NCBI RefSeq assembly: GCF_056712565.1
Contig: NZ_CM160072.1
DNA length: 64,000 bases
Strand: one strand, 5' to 3'
Shown here: piece after piece, positions 60,113 through 64,000 of the stretch
How the letters are laid out: every line of letters begins with the position of its first letter
How positions within the stretch are numbered: the stretch's first letter is position 1
Program-made: the position numbers and the translations under genes
Notes under the pieces: model-generated
Database searches by the model: none
What the model saw: only the letters and a program-made list of their open reading frames with translations
Told to the model about the DNA's origin: nothing

Positions 60113-61328
60113 CGATAATTCTCTTAATAAGCGCCCCACGTTTAAAAGAGCATTACGCAACATCAGTATGACCAGCATATTTATCACTATGATGCTGATC
60201 TGGCTGCTGCTTTCCGTGACGTCAGTGCTGACCCTGAAACAGTACGCGCAAAAAAACCTGGCACTGACAGCAGCAACAATGACTTACAGTCTGGAAGCAG
60301 CTGTCGTTTTTGCCGATGGCCCTGCAGCAACTGAAACACTGGCAGCGCTGGGCCAGCAAGGCCAATTTTCAACTGCAGAAGTGCGTGATAAGCAGCAAAA
60401 TATTCTGGCATCCTGGCATTACACCCATAAGGAACCAGGCGATACTTTCAGCAATTTCATAAGCCACTGGCTCTTCCCTGCCCCCATCATTCAGCCGATT
60501 CGCCACAATGGTGAAACTATTGGCGAAGTACGCTTAACTGCTCGCGACAGTTCAATCAGCCATTTTATCTGGTTTTCGCTCGCTGTCCTGACCGGTTGTA
60601 TTCTGCTGGCATCAGGCATCGCAATTACCCTCACCCGCCATTTGCACAATGGCCTGGTGGAAGCGCTGAAAAATATCACCGATGTCGTACATGATGTGCG
60701 TTCTAACCGCAATTTTTCCCGACGAGTTTCGGAAGAACGTATCGCTGAGTTTCACCGCTTCGCTCTCGACTTCAACAGTCTGCTGGATGAAATGGAAGAG
60801 TGGCAGCTTCGTTTACAGGCCAAAAATGCGCAGCTTCTACGTACCGCGCTACATGACCCATTAACCGGGCTGGCTAACCGCGCAGCGTTTCGTAGCGGCA
60901 TCAACACGTTGATGAACAATTCCGATGCCCGAAAAACGTCGGCGTTACTATTTCTTGATGGCGATAATTTCAAATATATCAATGATACCTGGGGTCATGC
61001 GACGGGCGATAGAGTCTTGATTGAAATAGCAAAACGGTTAGCTGAATTTGGCGGGCTGCGACATAAAGCATACCGCCTGGGCGGCGATGAATTCGCTATG
61101 GTGCTCTATGATGTACAGTCGGAATCTGAAGTGCAGCAGATATGCTCAGCACTGACACAAATTTTTAATCTCCCGTTTGATCTTCATAATGGCCATCAAA
61201 CTACCATGACATTAAGCATTGGTTACGCGATGACTATTGAGCACGCCTCTGCGGAAAATTTACAAGAGCTTGCCGATCACAATATGTATCAGGCCAAACA
61301 CCAGCGTGCCGAAAAGCTGGTGAGATAA
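60102..61328 (+). CDS. dgcN: Diguanylate cyclase YfiN/DgcN (TM-HAMP-GGDEF)
   Basis: 408 aa; GGDEF-domain active-site motif present as RLGGDEF. Confidence 0.9.
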   Translation: MMDNDNSLNKRPTFKRALRNISMTSIFITMMLIWLLLSVTSVLTLKQYAQKNLALTAATMTYSLEAAVVFADGPAATETLAALGQQGQFSTAEVRDKQQNILASWHYTHKEPGDTFSNFISHWLFPAPIIQPIRHNGETIGEVRLTARDSSISHFIWFSLAVLTGCILLASGIAITLTRHLHNGLVEALKNITDVVHDVRSNRNFSRRVSEERIAEFHRFALDFNSLLDEMEEWQLRLQAKNAQLLRTALHDPLTGLANRAAFRSGINTLMNNSDARKTSALLFLDGDNFKYINDTWGHATGDRVLIEIAKRLAEFGGLRHKAYRLGGDEFAMVLYDVQSESEVQQICSALTQIFNLPFDLHNGHQTTMTLSIGYAMTIEHASAENLQELADHNMYQAKHQRAEKLVR

Positions 61329-61343
61329 CAAGGATATATCGAT

Positions 61344-61826
61344 ATGATAAAGCACCTGCTAGCACCCCTGATTTTCACCTCGCTAATACTTACTGGCTGC
61401 CAGTCCCCTCAGGGAAAGTTTACTCCTGAGCAAGTCGCCGCTATGCAATCTTATGGATTTACTGAATCCGCCGGCGACTGGTCGCTGGGCTTATCAGATG
61501 CCATTCTGTTTGCAAAAAATGACTACAAATTGCTCCCGGAAAGCCAGCAACAGATCCAAACCATGGCAGCCAAATTGGCCTCGACAGGGCTAACACATGC
61601 CCGTATGGATGGACACACCGACAACTATGGTGAAGACAGTTACAACGAAGTCTTATCATTGAAACGGGCGAATGTCGTGGCCGATGCATGGGCTATGGGT
61701 GGACAAATTCCGCGCAGCAATCTCACCACACAGGGTTTAGGAAAAAAATATCCCATAGCCAGTAACAAGACCGCCCAGGGCCGCGCCGAGAACCGCCGCG
61801 TCGCAGTGGTGATTACAACCCCTTAA
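61344..61826 (+). CDS. yfiB: OmpA-family outer-membrane lipoprotein YfiB
   Basis: 160 aa; lipobox LTGCQS; OmpA-like C-terminus. Confidence 0.9.
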   Translation: MIKHLLAPLIFTSLILTGCQSPQGKFTPEQVAAMQSYGFTESAGDWSLGLSDAILFAKNDYKLLPESQQQIQTMAAKLASTGLTHARMDGHTDNYGEDSYNEVLSLKRANVVADAWAMGGQIPRSNLTTQGLGKKYPIASNKTAQGRAENRRVAVVITTP

Positions 61827-61998
61827 AACACGAGCAAACAGACAAAAAAAGGGCCAGCCAATTGGCCAGCCCTTCTTAACAGGATGTCGCTTAAGCGAAA
61901 TCTTAGTTAAGACGCTCCTATTAACACCCCGCAACAAACAAACGCTTACCATATAAAACAATTAGTTAAAGTAATTTTTAATGCAATGAATTGCAGTG

Positions 61999-63048
61999 TT
62001 ATGCAACCTCTGCCGCCATATTGTCGCCAACATACAGCGATAACGGATTAAGGGTTACAGCTTGTTCAAGGTGGTCAGGAGCAAAGTGTGCATACTTCAT
62101 TGTTTCTCGAATATTGGCATGCCCGAGAATTTTCTGCAGTACCAGTATATTCCCGCCGTTCATCATAAAATGCGCACCAAAAGTATGACGCAAAACGTGC
62201 GTCTTCTGCCCTTCCGTCAATTCAATATTCGTTAGTTTGAGCATCTTCTTAAACTCCTGATAGCAGGGTTTAAACATTCTGCCTTGACGTACGGACAACT
62301 CGTCGTACAGCCATTTAGGAATAGGAACTGTGCGATTCTTCTTACCTTTGGTTTTGGTGAACGTCAGTTTATATGGAGAAAGTTGAGGGCGGGTCAATCT
62401 CTCCGCTTCCCCCCATCGAGCGCCGGTTGCAAGGCACACCTTAACAATCATGGTGAGGTCTTCTTTGCCGTATTGCTCGCAGGCTCGAAACAGCTCCGGG
62501 AGCTGAGACAAAGTTAGCCAGGACATTTCTTTCTCAGCCTCTTTGAATACTCGGATCCCATCAAGTGGATTGGGTAGGCTCCACTCCCCTAACCGGCGGA
62601 GCTCATTAAACACTGCTTCTAGGTATTGTTGTTCGCGATTGACGGTTATAGGTTTGGCGATCCATTTCGAGGGGTCTTTATGATAACCGTTGTCTATTTC
62701 ACCACGTAATCGACGGTCACGATAATGAGCCCAGTCTTTCGCGGTAAGGCGAGATGCAATCGGGTCACCAAGCCCATTACATACGATTTGAAGCTTTGCT
62801 AACCTCGACTTACTGGCGACTAACGCTTGACCGTGCAAATTGTGCCAAAGCTGAATAATCTCGCTTAAGCGTCGGCGGTCTTCTTTCTTGCCAAGCCACG
62901 GCTTATCTTCACTCTCGCTTTTGGTAAATGCTTCGAATGCCTCGGCCTCACCTTTGGTATTGAATTGCCGACGTATACGCCGCCCTTCTCGACCATTTGG
63001 ATAGAGCTCGCATAACCATTTGCCATTTTTTTGCTTACTTACAGTCAT
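61999..63048 (-). CDS. int: Tyrosine integrase, phage 186/P2 type
   Basis: 349 aa; MTVSKQKNGKWLCELYPNGREGRRIRRQF…, …CLATGARWGEAERL…, …HVLRHTFGAHFMMNGGNILVLQKILGH…YAHFAP… closely parallels 186/P2 Int as recalled. Confidence 0.85.
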   Translation of the reverse strand: MTVSKQKNGKWLCELYPNGREGRRIRRQFNTKGEAEAFEAFTKSESEDKPWLGKKEDRRRLSEIIQLWHNLHGQALVASKSRLAKLQIVCNGLGDPIASRLTAKDWAHYRDRRLRGEIDNGYHKDPSKWIAKPITVNREQQYLEAVFNELRRLGEWSLPNPLDGIRVFKEAEKEMSWLTLSQLPELFRACEQYGKEDLTMIVKVCLATGARWGEAERLTRPQLSPYKLTFTKTKGKKNRTVPIPKWLYDELSVRQGRMFKPCYQEFKKMLKLTNIELTEGQKTHVLRHTFGAHFMMNGGNILVLQKILGHANIRETMKYAHFAPDHLEQAVTLNPLSLYVGDNMAAEVA

Positions 63049-63070
63049 AATGTCACCGAGGCAACTCTAA

Positions 63071-63409
63071 TTATTCGCAAAGTGCTGTTGCGGCATCCAT
63101 TACAGGATCCAAAGGAATTTTTACACCTGCATACTCTGGACTGTCTTTCCAAACAGCATCAATATTGCTCCCCTCAAGCTTTCCAGACTTTACTCCATCA
63201 ATAGCAAAACCATTTAATGGGTATCGGTCATCAGTTGCTTTGTCGTATACAAAGGCATACTTACCGTTAACGCAAGACACCGTAGCTTTTTCAAAAGTTA
63301 ACGGCCAATCCTCACCAAACTTAGCGCCATCTAAATCCTGTGTTTTTTCAGCGGCTAAGGAGCCAAAAGAAAAGGTAAGAAGCATAGCTAAAAAGAGTTT
63401 ACGTTTCAT
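63071..63409 (-). CDS. Small exported protein of unknown function (prophage cargo between int and repressor)
   Basis: Start taken at MKRKLFLAMLLTFSFGSLAA (signal peptide, no lipobox); mature ~90 aa with two Cys; sits in the int-cI lysogenic transcription unit. Start codon is inferred; the track ORF extends further upstream. Confidence 0.55.
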   Translation of the reverse strand: MKRKLFLAMLLTFSFGSLAAEKTQDLDGAKFGEDWPLTFEKATVSCVNGKYAFVYDKATDDRYPLNGFAIDGVKSGKLEGSNIDAVWKDSPEYAGVKIPLDPVMDAATALCE

Positions 63410-63417
63410 AATTTCCC

Positions 63418-63984
63418 TTATACGTGTTTTTCCAATGTGAAAACTACAACCCCGGCAGGCGTAATGTCGGTAATGTTGCATTCAAACTCAGCAGACTTAT
63501 TTGACAACCTGACTTTTCCACCAGGTAAACGAATTACATCAAAAACATCAAGAGCGCCGTCGATATCAATTAACCAGCGACCATTACTTATATTCGAAGC
63601 AGAACAGTCGACAAGCCAAGAGGCAGCTACACCGTCAACAAAAATCAATTCCCCTGAGTTAGAAGGAATCATTGAGGGGTCAGGATGCCACGTTCCTGCA
63701 TCCTTAAGCTCACCAGATTCAAGACGAGATTTTTTAATAGAAAAACCAGATGTGACATCTTCCCTGTTAGCTCGCATTTGCCCCTTGCCTGTTGCTAACC
63801 ATTCCAGTGACGTATCGGTATCAAGAGCGCATGTAACAACAACATCACCAGGGAAAAAATCTCGCCTTACCCATGTGCTAATTGTGCCAGAGGAAATGCC
63901 GAGCAAATCACCGAGCTCCTTTTGCATGGTAAAGCCATACGCATCAAGAATCCTACGCAAAACGGTTTTACCACCATTCGTCAT
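63418..63984 (-). CDS. Phage CI-type repressor (N-terminal HTH, C-terminal oligomerisation domain), 186 CI-like
   Basis: 188 aa; N-terminus LRRILDAYGFTMQKELGDLLGISSGTISTWV is an HTH; size and position match 186 cI. Confidence 0.7.
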   Translation of the reverse strand: MTNGGKTVLRRILDAYGFTMQKELGDLLGISSGTISTWVRRDFFPGDVVVTCALDTDTSLEWLATGKGQMRANREDVTSGFSIKKSRLESGELKDAGTWHPDPSMIPSNSGELIFVDGVAASWLVDCSASNISNGRWLIDIDGALDVFDVIRLPGGKVRLSNKSAEFECNITDITPAGVVVFTLEKHV

Positions 63985-64000
63985 AATCTCGTCATAAAGC

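Larger units (their letters stand above)
61880..64000. mobile_element. Left end of a 186/P2-family prophage (lysogeny module); continues beyond the window; left boundary not resolved
   Basis: 186-type integrase, cargo ORF and CI-type repressor all on the minus strand immediately after the yfiB terminator, where I recall K-12 continuing into rplS. Confidence 0.6.

Noticed and set aside
63437-63997. 186-aa plus-strand ORF
   Set aside because: Mirror frame of the CI-like repressor, which has a clear HTH on the minus strand.

Overview
This window reads as an Escherichia coli chromosomal segment colinear with the K-12 hmp–glnB–glrR/glrK–purL … rpoE–nadB … kgtP–rrnG–clpB–bamD–raiA–pheA–tyrA–aroF–yfiLRNB region (about 57–59 min), identified from the translated ORFs and rRNA/tRNA sequence by recall only; no database search was run. 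Around 55 core genes appear intact, together with one complete rRNA operon on the minus strand (5S, 23S, tRNA-Glu, 16S), the glmY sRNA with its sigma-54/GlrR control region, the shoB type I toxin and the pheL leader. Four things are not part of the conserved backbone as I remember it: (1) an IS621-like IS110-family element between kgtP and the 5S gene, with a 177-nt bridge-RNA region that looks intact but a recombinase split across three reading frames; (2) an IS1397-like IS3-family element next to it, inserted in a REP/PU palindrome; (3) a 1426-bp IS4 inserted in the bamD terminator hairpin with a 13-bp target duplication; (4) the left end of a 186/P2-family prophage after yfiB (integrase, small exported cargo ORF, CI-type repressor), which runs off the window. 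The least characterised item is the small exported protein between the prophage integrase and repressor. Coordinates derived from the ORF track are firm; those found by counting bases (RNA ends, promoters, IS ends) may be off by 1–2 nt.
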